From assembly GCF_003334385.1 (NCBI RefSeq), contig NZ_QOWN01000018.1: DNA of 64,000 nt, one strand, 5' to 3'. Below the pieces are notes generated by a model. It saw only the letters and a program-made list of their open reading frames with translations, was not told where the DNA came from and searched no databases. The stretch is from Escherichia coli. Its GTDB lineage: Bacteria > Pseudomonadota > Gammaproteobacteria > Enterobacterales > Enterobacteriaceae. Positions 24,195-31,612 of this stretch are shown here, in pieces (position 1 is the first letter of the stretch; every line of letters begins with the position of its first letter). A program made the position numbers and the translations under genes.

Positions 24195-24580
24195 TGTATG
24201 ACTTTTATAAACATCGTGACCATTTGGTAAGATTTGACGGTAGAGTCTGGAAAGACATAACAGAAACCAATAAACCCAAGTTTACCCACCAGCAATTAGC
24301 CTCAAGATTTGATATCTGGACTGAAGCACAAAAAGATAATGGTGATTTCGAGTTTATCAGGGGTTTTGATTATGCTTACGAAGATGACCTTAAAGACGCC
24401 ATTAAATTAATTGAAAATTTTAATGGAAATAATTCTGGTGACAAACACAAAGCCAATGGTAATCGGTATGACAGGGAGTTAATTCTTGATGCCATTTCCA
24501 GAGGTCAATCACAAAGTTATATTTCTGAGAAATACGGCTTATCACGTAGTCAATACTACAAGATTAAAGCGTCTGTGTAA
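24194..24580 (+). CDS. hypothetical protein with resolvase-type C-terminal HTH
   Basis: 128 aa, TAATG overlap with the previous gene. C-terminus ISRGQSQSYISEKYGLSRSQYYKI. Confidence 0.55.
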   Translation: MYDFYKHRDHLVRFDGRVWKDITETNKPKFTHQQLASRFDIWTEAQKDNGDFEFIRGFDYAYEDDLKDAIKLIENFNGNNSGDKHKANGNRYDRELILDAISRGQSQSYISEKYGLSRSQYYKIKASV

Positions 24581-24717
24581 GCCTGTGAGAATGAGTGAGA
24601 CTCAAAGATGAGCTACCCTATTACTAAGGTGTCTCACTCCCTCTGTAACCCGCATGGTTACTGGCCTCAGAATGGCTATTTTGGCAGATTTAAGATGTGT
24701 TTTAGAGGAATTTAAAA

Positions 24718-25041
24718 ATGAACAACTTCCCATTACAAATTTTCGTTGATAACGACACCGCTCTGATGATTCAGGCTTTCACTGATTCCGGTGTATCAAT
24801 TGACTTTGACAGGCTGTTAGAGTTGATGGCTGATAATGCAGAAAACATCTCTGACTTTATTCAGTCGGTGGAGTTTAACGAGCCTCGAATGATGCTACCA
24901 ATTAAAGACAGCAACATGAAAAGATTGGTTATCGAGCAAACGAACAAATACAGCGTTAGCCCTGAAAGATATCTCAAGGCAGCTATAGCAATTTTGTGCG
25001 CTGACAATATTTTGGTGACGGATTCGAAGGTGGTGCATTAA
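24718..25041 (+). CDS. hypothetical protein
   Basis: 107 aa, AGAGGA RBS. No recognisable motif. Confidence 0.5.
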   Translation: MNNFPLQIFVDNDTALMIQAFTDSGVSIDFDRLLELMADNAENISDFIQSVEFNEPRMMLPIKDSNMKRLVIEQTNKYSVSPERYLKAAIAILCADNILVTDSKVVH

Positions 25042-25118
25042 TGGGCTTAATAATTGCTTGGACAGCTTTGGGTTTATTTGTTGGTTGCTGGGTAGGTAAC
25101 ACAGTAAATAAGAATTGA
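25041..25118 (+). CDS. possible 25-aa hydrophobic peptide (MGLIIAWTALGLFVGCWVGNTVNKN), translationally coupled
   Basis: TAATG overlap with the preceding stop. Below the ORF-track size cut-off and found by reading. Confidence 0.3.
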   Translation: MGLIIAWTALGLFVGCWVGNTVNKN

Positions 25119-25143
25119 TGTTGCCAATCTGTTAAAAAGCTGT

Positions 25144-25172
25144 TGACAAATAACCTTAAGCATGACATAATT
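25144..25172 (+). promoter_or_regulatory. sigma70-type promoter TTGACA-17-CATAAT heading the late/structural operon leader
   Basis: Hexamers at 25144-25149 and 25167-25172. Confidence 0.6.
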
Positions 25173-25535
25173 TTAATTATGGGAGAGTAATTCTCTCTTA
25201 TATTTCTTTCAATAATCCGATGGATGGATGGATATTCTGAGTTGGTGAGGTATGTTCTATACCGAACATTCTGAAAGGTGCAATGCTTTTCGCTACATGA
25301 CCTCTTATATAACCTGAGAGGTCATCTCGAAAAGTACTCTTGTTCATTCGTTATTGAATCCTTTAGATGTTTTAATTTCTTCACCTTATGAATAGCCCTT
25401 TATAAGAAATTATCTAGGGCTATTCAGTTTTTAAAAAGCATACTTGGCAAACCGCCTTTTAAGTCTCTTCTAAGTTCGTAGGCTGTCAGGTGTGCTTTTT
25501 AAAAACTGAATATACTTAGAAGAGGAAATGAAATA
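25173..25535 (+). promoter_or_regulatory. roughly 360-nt non-coding, hairpin-dense leader (candidate cis-regulatory RNA or packaging/recognition site)
   Basis: No ORF with an RBS. Hairpins at 25184-25198, 25253-25270, 25298-25326 (9 bp) and 25391-25426 (10 bp). A 20-bp perfect inverted repeat (25422-25441 and 25494-25513) overlaps the last hairpin. Confidence 0.55.
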
Positions 25536-26246
25536 ATGGCAAATGACATTTATATTAGTGGAAGAAAAATTGATAGCTTCGGTGACTGGTCGCCACAGAC
25601 TGAACATCCAGCTATCGTTATTCAGCGTAAAGAACACGATGCGAGAATTGAGCTTGAGCAAGAGCTAAAGATGTCACCAAAGCAAATTACCTTTGTGTCT
25701 CCTGAGCCTCAAGAGATGCCTGATGTATGCAAGAGTGAAGCATTGCTTGAGCTTGAAAAGAAATATTTCCCAGCTTTAAAAGCACAGCGTCTTAGATTAG
25801 ATGACGCTTACAGCAAAGTTACCCTGATGCAATCAGCTATTGAACCGTCAGAATTTGAGATTCAGGATGAATTGTCACAGAAACCATTTGTTTATTACCA
25901 ATATGCAGACAATGATGGTTTTGGTACTTTTCCTGAGAATATCCCAGACGCGATTAGTAGTCTTCCTGATGGATATCGAATTGTGAAGATGGTTAAAGCT
26001 TCAAGGGGTGCTGGTCAATTTATTTATATGACCAATAAGAGCGATGAAGAACTCGCTGAACTTGCTAGACAGAACATCTTGGCATCACGTAACAAGCAGC
26101 TTGATAGTGCTAAGTTGTATCTCTCAAGAGAGCTTCAGGCTATGAAAGAGCTTGTTAGTGAATATGAGTCGCAGAAGAAGATTGCTATGCAAGCTGATAT
26201 TGAGCAGTTAGTGAAGATTTCTCAGAAGTATAGTAAAGCACTTTAA
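25536..26246 (+). CDS. hypothetical protein with coiled-coil C-terminus
   Basis: 236 aa, GAGGAA RBS. No recognisable family. Confidence 0.55.
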   Translation: MANDIYISGRKIDSFGDWSPQTEHPAIVIQRKEHDARIELEQELKMSPKQITFVSPEPQEMPDVCKSEALLELEKKYFPALKAQRLRLDDAYSKVTLMQSAIEPSEFEIQDELSQKPFVYYQYADNDGFGTFPENIPDAISSLPDGYRIVKMVKASRGAGQFIYMTNKSDEELAELARQNILASRNKQLDSAKLYLSRELQAMKELVSEYESQKKIAMQADIEQLVKISQKYSKAL

Positions 26247-26270
26247 TTATGAATTAAGAAGAGGTGATTA

Positions 26271-26480
26271 ATGTTTGAAGAACGTTTAGAGACTATTCGG
26301 TCTGTTTGTGAAAACTTAAAGTTACAAACCAAGCCAGCCTTAAGAATTAAAACCAAACATCAAATTATCACCTCACACAAACCAAAAACACGCAAGATTC
26401 CAAAGTGGTGTATTGACCGTATTCCTTCTGATGCTCAAATCATAGGTGAAACGGAATTACATTATCTTGTCCGACATTAA
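26271..26480 (+). CDS. hypothetical basic protein
   Basis: 69 aa, GAGGTG RBS. Confidence 0.45.
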   Translation: MFEERLETIRSVCENLKLQTKPALRIKTKHQIITSHKPKTRKIPKWCIDRIPSDAQIIGETELHYLVRH

Positions 26481-26503
26481 AAATTGGTTGGGTAAAATCA
26501 ACG

Positions 26504-26544
26504 GGAGAGATTATCGAGTGACATCGGTAGTTTCTCCTTTTTTT
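26504..26544 (+). terminator. imperfect hairpin plus T-run (possible terminator or pause) before the tape-measure gene
   Basis: GGAGAGA...TTTCTCC outer stem followed by T7. Confidence 0.4.
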
Positions 26545-26577
26545 GTATATGAACACTTAAGAGGTGAAAAAATATGA

Positions 26578-28749
26578 ATGGCACAGTTTAAAGTTGATGA
26601 TTTTCTGATTGAGCTAGGTTTTAACTCTCAGAGGGTTTTAAAAGGTCTGGAAAAAGCCGAGAAACAAACGATGCAGGTAGCATCACGAATTGAGAAGCGA
26701 TTGAATAAAGCTTTTAAAGTTAACCCTACGCCTTTAAATGATTCTCTCAAGGTCATGGAAAGAAATGTCGATAAAACTGTTTCCAAGATTGAGCAGCGTC
26801 TTAAAAACACTAAAGCGTTTAAGATTAAAACGGAAATTGAGGATACTTTAAAGCCACTTAAACAACCGAGACAGCCACGAATTAGCGGCAACAGAGCAAT
26901 CACAGCAGCACATAGTGTGAATATGTCTAAGCTTGGTGATATTAATCCGCTGATGGCTAAAATGTTTAAAGCACAGTATTACAGCTTAAGCGGTAAGGCT
27001 GGTAATATTGGAAGTGAAAAGTTTAACGCTGAACTTGCAAAATTAAATCAATCTCTTCGTGAAACGTTGAATAAACTCAGGTCACAGACAAAGACCGCCA
27101 GCATCAGCAAAGTAAATGATTCCTTTAATAATCTTGCAAGCAATGCAATTAAGTTATCTGGTGCATTTTACTCTGTGATGGGTGCTCTTAACGCTTACAA
27201 GGCCATTATGAATGCAGGTCTTAAACGAGATTCCGCACAGAGAGCCGCTAAGTTTGTACTTGGTGATAAAGCATCTGAAGCTGAAACATTTATCAGGGGA
27301 CTGGCTGACAAGACAGGTCTTAATATCTCTGAAGGACTATCAAGCTACGCTAAGTTTGCAGCAGGTGCTCAGGGTTCTATGTCACAGGAACAGACACAGG
27401 AGCTATTTGGTAATGCAACGGCTATGAGCCGTTTAATGGGGCTTTCTAACGATGAACTAAACGGCATTTTGAAAGCTTTTGAGCAGATGGCTTCTAAGGG
27501 CAAGATTCAGGCTGAAGAATTACGTGGGCAGTTAGGTGACCGTATGGCTGGTGCATTTAAGCTATTCGCTGAAGCATTGGGTATGACTGCTACAGAGCTT
27601 GATGCAGCCATGAAAAACGGGAAGGTACTTTCCGCTGATACTCTCCCTAAAGTCGCTAAACAGATGGGCTTGATGATTGATAAAGCGGGTGGCTGGGCTG
27701 AAGTCGCTAAGAGCACCCAGACAGCTTTAGGTAAGTTAGCAAACAACTGGGATGATACGATGGTTAAAATCTTCTCAGGTTCACAGGATGAGTTAAACGG
27801 CTTCTTATCCAGCCTGGGTAGCCTGCTTAGTGAAATGGGGATGAGTTCTTCTATCGCTGGTGATGCTATCGGTGGACTTATCGACATGCTTAAAGCTGGT
27901 GTAGATGATATTCGCGTATTCAATAACACCATTGAAGGCTGGATTTTACAGGTTAAAAAGTTCTATTACAGCCTTGATGACACTAAACGAAAACTACTTG
28001 ATGAAGTCGGTGATGGTTTTATCAATTTTGTCAAAGGTCTTGCTATAGCGTTATCTGCAAAGACGCTATTCAGTGCCACTACAGGGGTGATGAACCTGAC
28101 AAGAGCAATCACAACGTTAGGTACAAGAGCTAATCAGGTGGCTGGTCAGGTAACTACTGGTAAAGGTGGTGGAAAACTGAAAGGTGTAGCTGGTGGTGTA
28201 GGTAGTGCTCTTGCAATTGGTTATGCTGATGACGGTTATGAAACAGCGTTAGCATTAGCTTCAATGATTCCACAAATCAGAGGTGTCACCCTTGGTTTAT
28301 ATGCATTGAAGAAAGCACTGGATTTTATGAATCAGGAAGTAGTCAAAAACGCTAATATGCATCCATCTGGGGTAGGTGTGGGTAGTGACTTTAATCCTGT
28401 GTATTCTGGTGACCCTAATAAACCGAATATGATTAACGAAGGATGGAGTAAAATTTTTAATTCAATGGGTGAATTGTTTAACAATGCCACAATGAATATT
28501 GCAAGATTCAATCATCCAGAATTAAACAACATTAAGCAAGATTCAGCATTAACGAGTGCAGATATTCAGAGTCTGAGGGATGAAATTAGTGCTTTGAGTA
28601 AACGTATTCAGGAGCCTGTGAAAGTTTCACTTGGTGGTGAAGTTGCCATTAAACCAGATGAAACCAGCTTTATGACCTTTAGCAGTAATATCTACGACCA
28701 ATATGCAGAAGCTACGCTATTAAGTTCATCATTCCCAGAAGATGATTGA
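26578..28749 (+). CDS. phage tail tape-measure protein
   Basis: 723 aa with a coiled-coil N-terminus. The central tape-measure signature is GKIQAEELRGQLGDRMAGAFKLFAEALGMTATELDAAMKNGKVLSADTLPKVAKQMG. Gly-rich hydrophobic segments lie near the C-terminus. Confidence 0.8.
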   Translation: MAQFKVDDFLIELGFNSQRVLKGLEKAEKQTMQVASRIEKRLNKAFKVNPTPLNDSLKVMERNVDKTVSKIEQRLKNTKAFKIKTEIEDTLKPLKQPRQPRISGNRAITAAHSVNMSKLGDINPLMAKMFKAQYYSLSGKAGNIGSEKFNAELAKLNQSLRETLNKLRSQTKTASISKVNDSFNNLASNAIKLSGAFYSVMGALNAYKAIMNAGLKRDSAQRAAKFVLGDKASEAETFIRGLADKTGLNISEGLSSYAKFAAGAQGSMSQEQTQELFGNATAMSRLMGLSNDELNGILKAFEQMASKGKIQAEELRGQLGDRMAGAFKLFAEALGMTATELDAAMKNGKVLSADTLPKVAKQMGLMIDKAGGWAEVAKSTQTALGKLANNWDDTMVKIFSGSQDELNGFLSSLGSLLSEMGMSSSIAGDAIGGLIDMLKAGVDDIRVFNNTIEGWILQVKKFYYSLDDTKRKLLDEVGDGFINFVKGLAIALSAKTLFSATTGVMNLTRAITTLGTRANQVAGQVTTGKGGGKLKGVAGGVGSALAIGYADDGYETALALASMIPQIRGVTLGLYALKKALDFMNQEVVKNANMHPSGVGVGSDFNPVYSGDPNKPNMINEGWSKIFNSMGELFNNATMNIARFNHPELNNIKQDSALTSADIQSLRDEISALSKRIQEPVKVSLGGEVAIKPDETSFMTFSSNIYDQYAEATLLSSSFPEDD

Positions 28750-28905
28750 TTTAACGGTGTTCTACGTGAATAAAGCAAAGTTAATACCCGCACTAAAAAT
28801 TATTTTTTACGTAGCACACGCTTAACAGAGAAAATACTTATATATCAAAGGCTTGGTTAAAAATGATTAAAATACACTAAGCCTTTGAAATCAAAGGAGA
28901 ATTTA

Positions 28906-29694
28906 ATGATTTACTCTAATCAACTTCGTTACAGTGGCAAAGATGGTGTTTACTTCCATCTACAAGGCCAACCAGATAATTTCTTGTCACTATCAGCAAC
29001 AGAGAACATGGAATTTGACAGCCCTATGATGGTGACCACTCAAAATATGCAATCAGGGCAGACTGTAACAGATAATGTAATGCGTTCACCCAGAACTATT
29101 TCAATCAGTGGTGTGGTTGTAGTTGGTGAATCCGGTAGTATCCTCATCTCAAGAGATAATAAGCTGGTGGAAAACTTCATCGACACTCTTGAAAGCTGGC
29201 GTGACCAGAAGCAAATTATTTCGGTCATCTGTAAAGACGGAATTAAAATTGATGATTCTATTATTACGAGTTTTAAAGCCTCTAAAGATGTTGGTATTTC
29301 AAATGGTCTAAGAGTCCAGCTAACTTTTCAGGAAATTAACTTTAAAGCAATTGTAGGGCAAACTGATGTTTCAGCAGCTACTGGCAAAGCTGCCACCACG
29401 AATGACGGTGGTGTGACCAGTAAGAAGAATGCAGGTAACGTGACCACTGAACGCAATAACGCGCCTATGCTATCGTGCAAAGAGTTAATGAATATTAGCG
29501 ATGTATCCGGTTACGTTCCGGCTATCAGAAATGATATTCTCGATGCTCAGATTAAGTGCAATAAAGCTTGGAAGCTGGACTATTCAGACTTAACAGAAGC
29601 TGAAAAAACCAACGTCACCAATGCTAATAGTAACGCTGGTCGAGTAGCTTCAAAGCTTAAAAAGTACTCAGTGAATCCTAATAAGAGATACTAA
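28906..29694 (+). CDS. putative distal-tail (Dit-like) / baseplate-hub protein
   Basis: AAGGAG RBS before ATG 28906 (the track start 28885 is TTG). The N-terminal pattern [36 protein letters not shown] resembles Dit-like tail proteins, and it sits directly after the tape-measure gene. Confidence 0.45.
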   Translation: MIYSNQLRYSGKDGVYFHLQGQPDNFLSLSATENMEFDSPMMVTTQNMQSGQTVTDNVMRSPRTISISGVVVVGESGSILISRDNKLVENFIDTLESWRDQKQIISVICKDGIKIDDSIITSFKASKDVGISNGLRVQLTFQEINFKAIVGQTDVSAATGKAATTNDGGVTSKKNAGNVTTERNNAPMLSCKELMNISDVSGYVPAIRNDILDAQIKCNKAWKLDYSDLTEAEKTNVTNANSNAGRVASKLKKYSVNPNKRY

Positions 29695-31220
29695 ATCTCT
29701 ACTACATCAACATCTATTAAACCCCTCTCAGTGACTTCAGAAAGCGACTGTATAGCCTCTGTAACGTTGTCTGAGGGGTTTTCTGTTATAGGTAGGTCAA
29801 TTACCTTGCCGTTGTGAAAAGTCACTTTACAGCGACGTTTAGCGGCATCTATAACTATTTCTTTGAGTACGCCCTTGATAAGTAGCTGTGTCTCTATCAT
29901 CCCTTCCTTTGTTGTCCTGTCAATATCTTTGAGGCTTCCAGTTGTGATGGCCTTTATCCGCTGTGTTTCCTCTTCGATATCATGATTGAGTTTTGATAGC
30001 GCATTCTTCATATCACGTAATTTCTCTGTGATAATTGTCATGTCATCGAGTTCAATAGCGAGTTCTGCCATTTTTGAGATTTTACGCTGCAAATCTTCAC
30101 GCTGTAATTTAAGGCTATCAATAGTGTCAGTATTTTCAGTTTCAAAACGGTCGCATAATGCGAGCATGTAGAGAATAGTTGCATCCGTTTGCTTACGACT
30201 GATAGCCTTTGCACTACACCTGTTAGCTGAACGATTAGGGCATCTGTACATCCCAAAACGTTTTAAGGCATATCCACCAAGAACAATAGTAGCCCCACAC
30301 TCAGAACATTTGATGATACCCCTGAACAAGTTGACTGATAGCGGATTACTTGATACAGAAGCCCTACCATATTGCCCTGTGTTCAGTTGCTGTACTCGAT
30401 AGAATAGTGACTCACTGATTATTGCGGGGTAGTAACCCTGAACTTCTTCACGTCCAGCAGGTGTGAAACATCCAATCACAGCACGATTTCTGAGTAGTTT
30501 CTTTACAGCAGTATCAGACCACCCCTTTTGTTTGGGTGTGTATTGATTCAATGACAAGTGGCCTTCATCGTTTAAAGTTCTGGTGATAGCCCAAAAGCTT
30601 AAACCCTGTAATCTCAGGTCAAATGCTCGTTTAACAACTTCCACTTTATCGGGGATGATAGTGAATGTTCGACGGTCATCATTCAGCCTTAACCATGCAG
30701 GACAACGCCTAGATACCTTGATACCTTCGGAGATGAGTTCTTTTTTACGGTTCCATGCAGCTTGGACACGCTCAGACTTCCTCAGACTTTCCTCATGCGC
30801 CCGCTGCATTATCAGAATGCTTTTAATCAGGGATAACGGGTCTTTTAAACTTTCTCGTGTGTAATGTTCACCATCGGACAGGGTGACTACATCTACACCA
30901 GCCCTTAAGATACGGCGTAATAGCTCAGAAGCAATATCAATATCCTGACGTGACAGACGGTCTAAACTCTCGATTAGTAGCGTATCACCAGCTTTAACAA
31001 GCCCTTTCTCGATAGCGGTTAGAAAGTCACCTAGACCACCTTTCAGGTGCTTACCACTAAAAGCACTTTTCCCCAAATCTTTAAAGCTCAAGGATGAATC
31101 CAAGTAAAACTCAGGGTTCTTATCAAGCCAGTCAGTAACCAGCTTAGATTGTCTGCGTACAGAGTCCCCTTTTAGTTGTCGTTCACTTGAAAATCTGATG
31201 TAGCTGATTGCCCGTCTCAT
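29691..31220 (-). CDS. large serine recombinase (integrase)
   Basis: About 509 aa from ATG 31220 (the track begins at TTG 31226). [11 protein letters not shown] catalytic motif, DRLSRQ, a recombinase domain, a zinc-ribbon CSECG...[11 protein letters not shown] and a long coiled-coil. It lies 40 bp from the junction. Confidence 0.92.
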   Translation of the reverse strand: MRRAISYIRFSSERQLKGDSVRRQSKLVTDWLDKNPEFYLDSSLSFKDLGKSAFSGKHLKGGLGDFLTAIEKGLVKAGDTLLIESLDRLSRQDIDIASELLRRILRAGVDVVTLSDGEHYTRESLKDPLSLIKSILIMQRAHEESLRKSERVQAAWNRKKELISEGIKVSRRCPAWLRLNDDRRTFTIIPDKVEVVKRAFDLRLQGLSFWAITRTLNDEGHLSLNQYTPKQKGWSDTAVKKLLRNRAVIGCFTPAGREEVQGYYPAIISESLFYRVQQLNTGQYGRASVSSNPLSVNLFRGIIKCSECGATIVLGGYALKRFGMYRCPNRSANRCSAKAISRKQTDATILYMLALCDRFETENTDTIDSLKLQREDLQRKISKMAELAIELDDMTIITEKLRDMKNALSKLNHDIEEETQRIKAITTGSLKDIDRTTKEGMIETQLLIKGVLKEIVIDAAKRRCKVTFHNGKVIDLPITENPSDNVTEAIQSLSEVTERGLIDVDVVEI

Positions 31221-31239
31221 ATTCAATACCTAAAATGAT

Positions 31240-31281
31240 GTGTTTAGGAACCCATTATACTGAAGACAATACCGGACCACA
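31240..31281. other. attR-type junction: element arm GTGTTTAGGAACCCATTATA / shared CTGA (proposed CT core 31260-31261) / mdtG arm
   Basis: The mdtG frame (…[10 protein letters not shown]) leaves host sequence here and terminates after 3 foreign codons (MGS stop at 31244). Confidence 0.75.
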
Positions 31282-31441
31282 TATTCAGGGCGGAGTGACC
31301 GGTAACGCCAAGCTGCTCAACGTAGAGGGGTAAGAAGGGCATTACCAGACTGAAGGCGGCACCGGTAAGAAAACAGCCTAGCCAGGCGACGATCAGGTTT
31401 CGTTTCCAGTTTATAGGGGTGTCATTTTCACAGGGTGACAT
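31260..31441 (-). pseudogene. mdtG: mdtG 5-prime portion (first ~62 codons)
   Basis: [62 protein letters not shown] matches the MdtG N-terminus. Confidence 0.93.
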
Positions 31442-31612
31442 AGCAATCCGCTGTTGGTGCGCCAGGCGCGGTGAACATAAGAAGAAAAGATAAGCACACT
31501 AATTATGCGCCCGACTTCCAGGGGGCGCAATCCAGAGAGCTTTTATCGCTAAATCAGGGGGATTTGCTGTGGTAATGCCGGATGCCATTCTGAAGCATCC
31601 GGCATGGGAGAT

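Larger units (their letters stand above)
19884..31261. mobile_element. 11.4-kb integrative, apparently replicative phage-satellite-like element inserted in mdtG (serine-integrase type)
   Basis: It splits a conserved gene precisely. It is AT-richer by eye. The large serine recombinase gene lies 40 bp from the right junction. The ends form an imperfect inverted repeat. The cargo is phage-like and unrelated to the flanking core genes. Confidence 0.9.

Noticed and set aside
24593-24639. GAGTGAGAC...GTCTCACTC considered as the rho-independent terminator of the early operon
   Set aside because: The 29-nt loop and missing T-run make it a poor terminator. It is kept only as a possible protein-binding site, at low confidence.
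25470-25661. 63-aa minus-strand ORF spanning the end of the structured leader and the start of ORF 25536
   Set aside because: It has no RBS and overlaps a better-supported plus-strand start with a good SD. It covers the 20-bp inverted repeat, which explains the open frame.
27507-27932. 141-aa minus-strand ORF and other small ORFs inside the tape-measure gene
   Set aside because: They are embedded in a strongly supported 723-aa gene, with no RBS and no recognisable motif.
28750-28905. Inverted repeats CAAAGGCTT...AAGCCTTTG and CTACGT...ACGTAG between the tape-measure and Dit-like genes
   Set aside because: The stems are short and the loops long (24-42 nt), which is near chance expectation. 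The right arm of the first overlaps the track TTG start. There is not enough support to call a feature.
19884-31261. Considered whether the insertion is a transposon or IS-type element
   Set aside because: There is no DDE transposase and no long terminal inverted repeats. The only end-to-end duplication is the shared 4-bp CTGA. The ends instead form a dyad-symmetric site next to a large serine recombinase, which fits site-specific integration.
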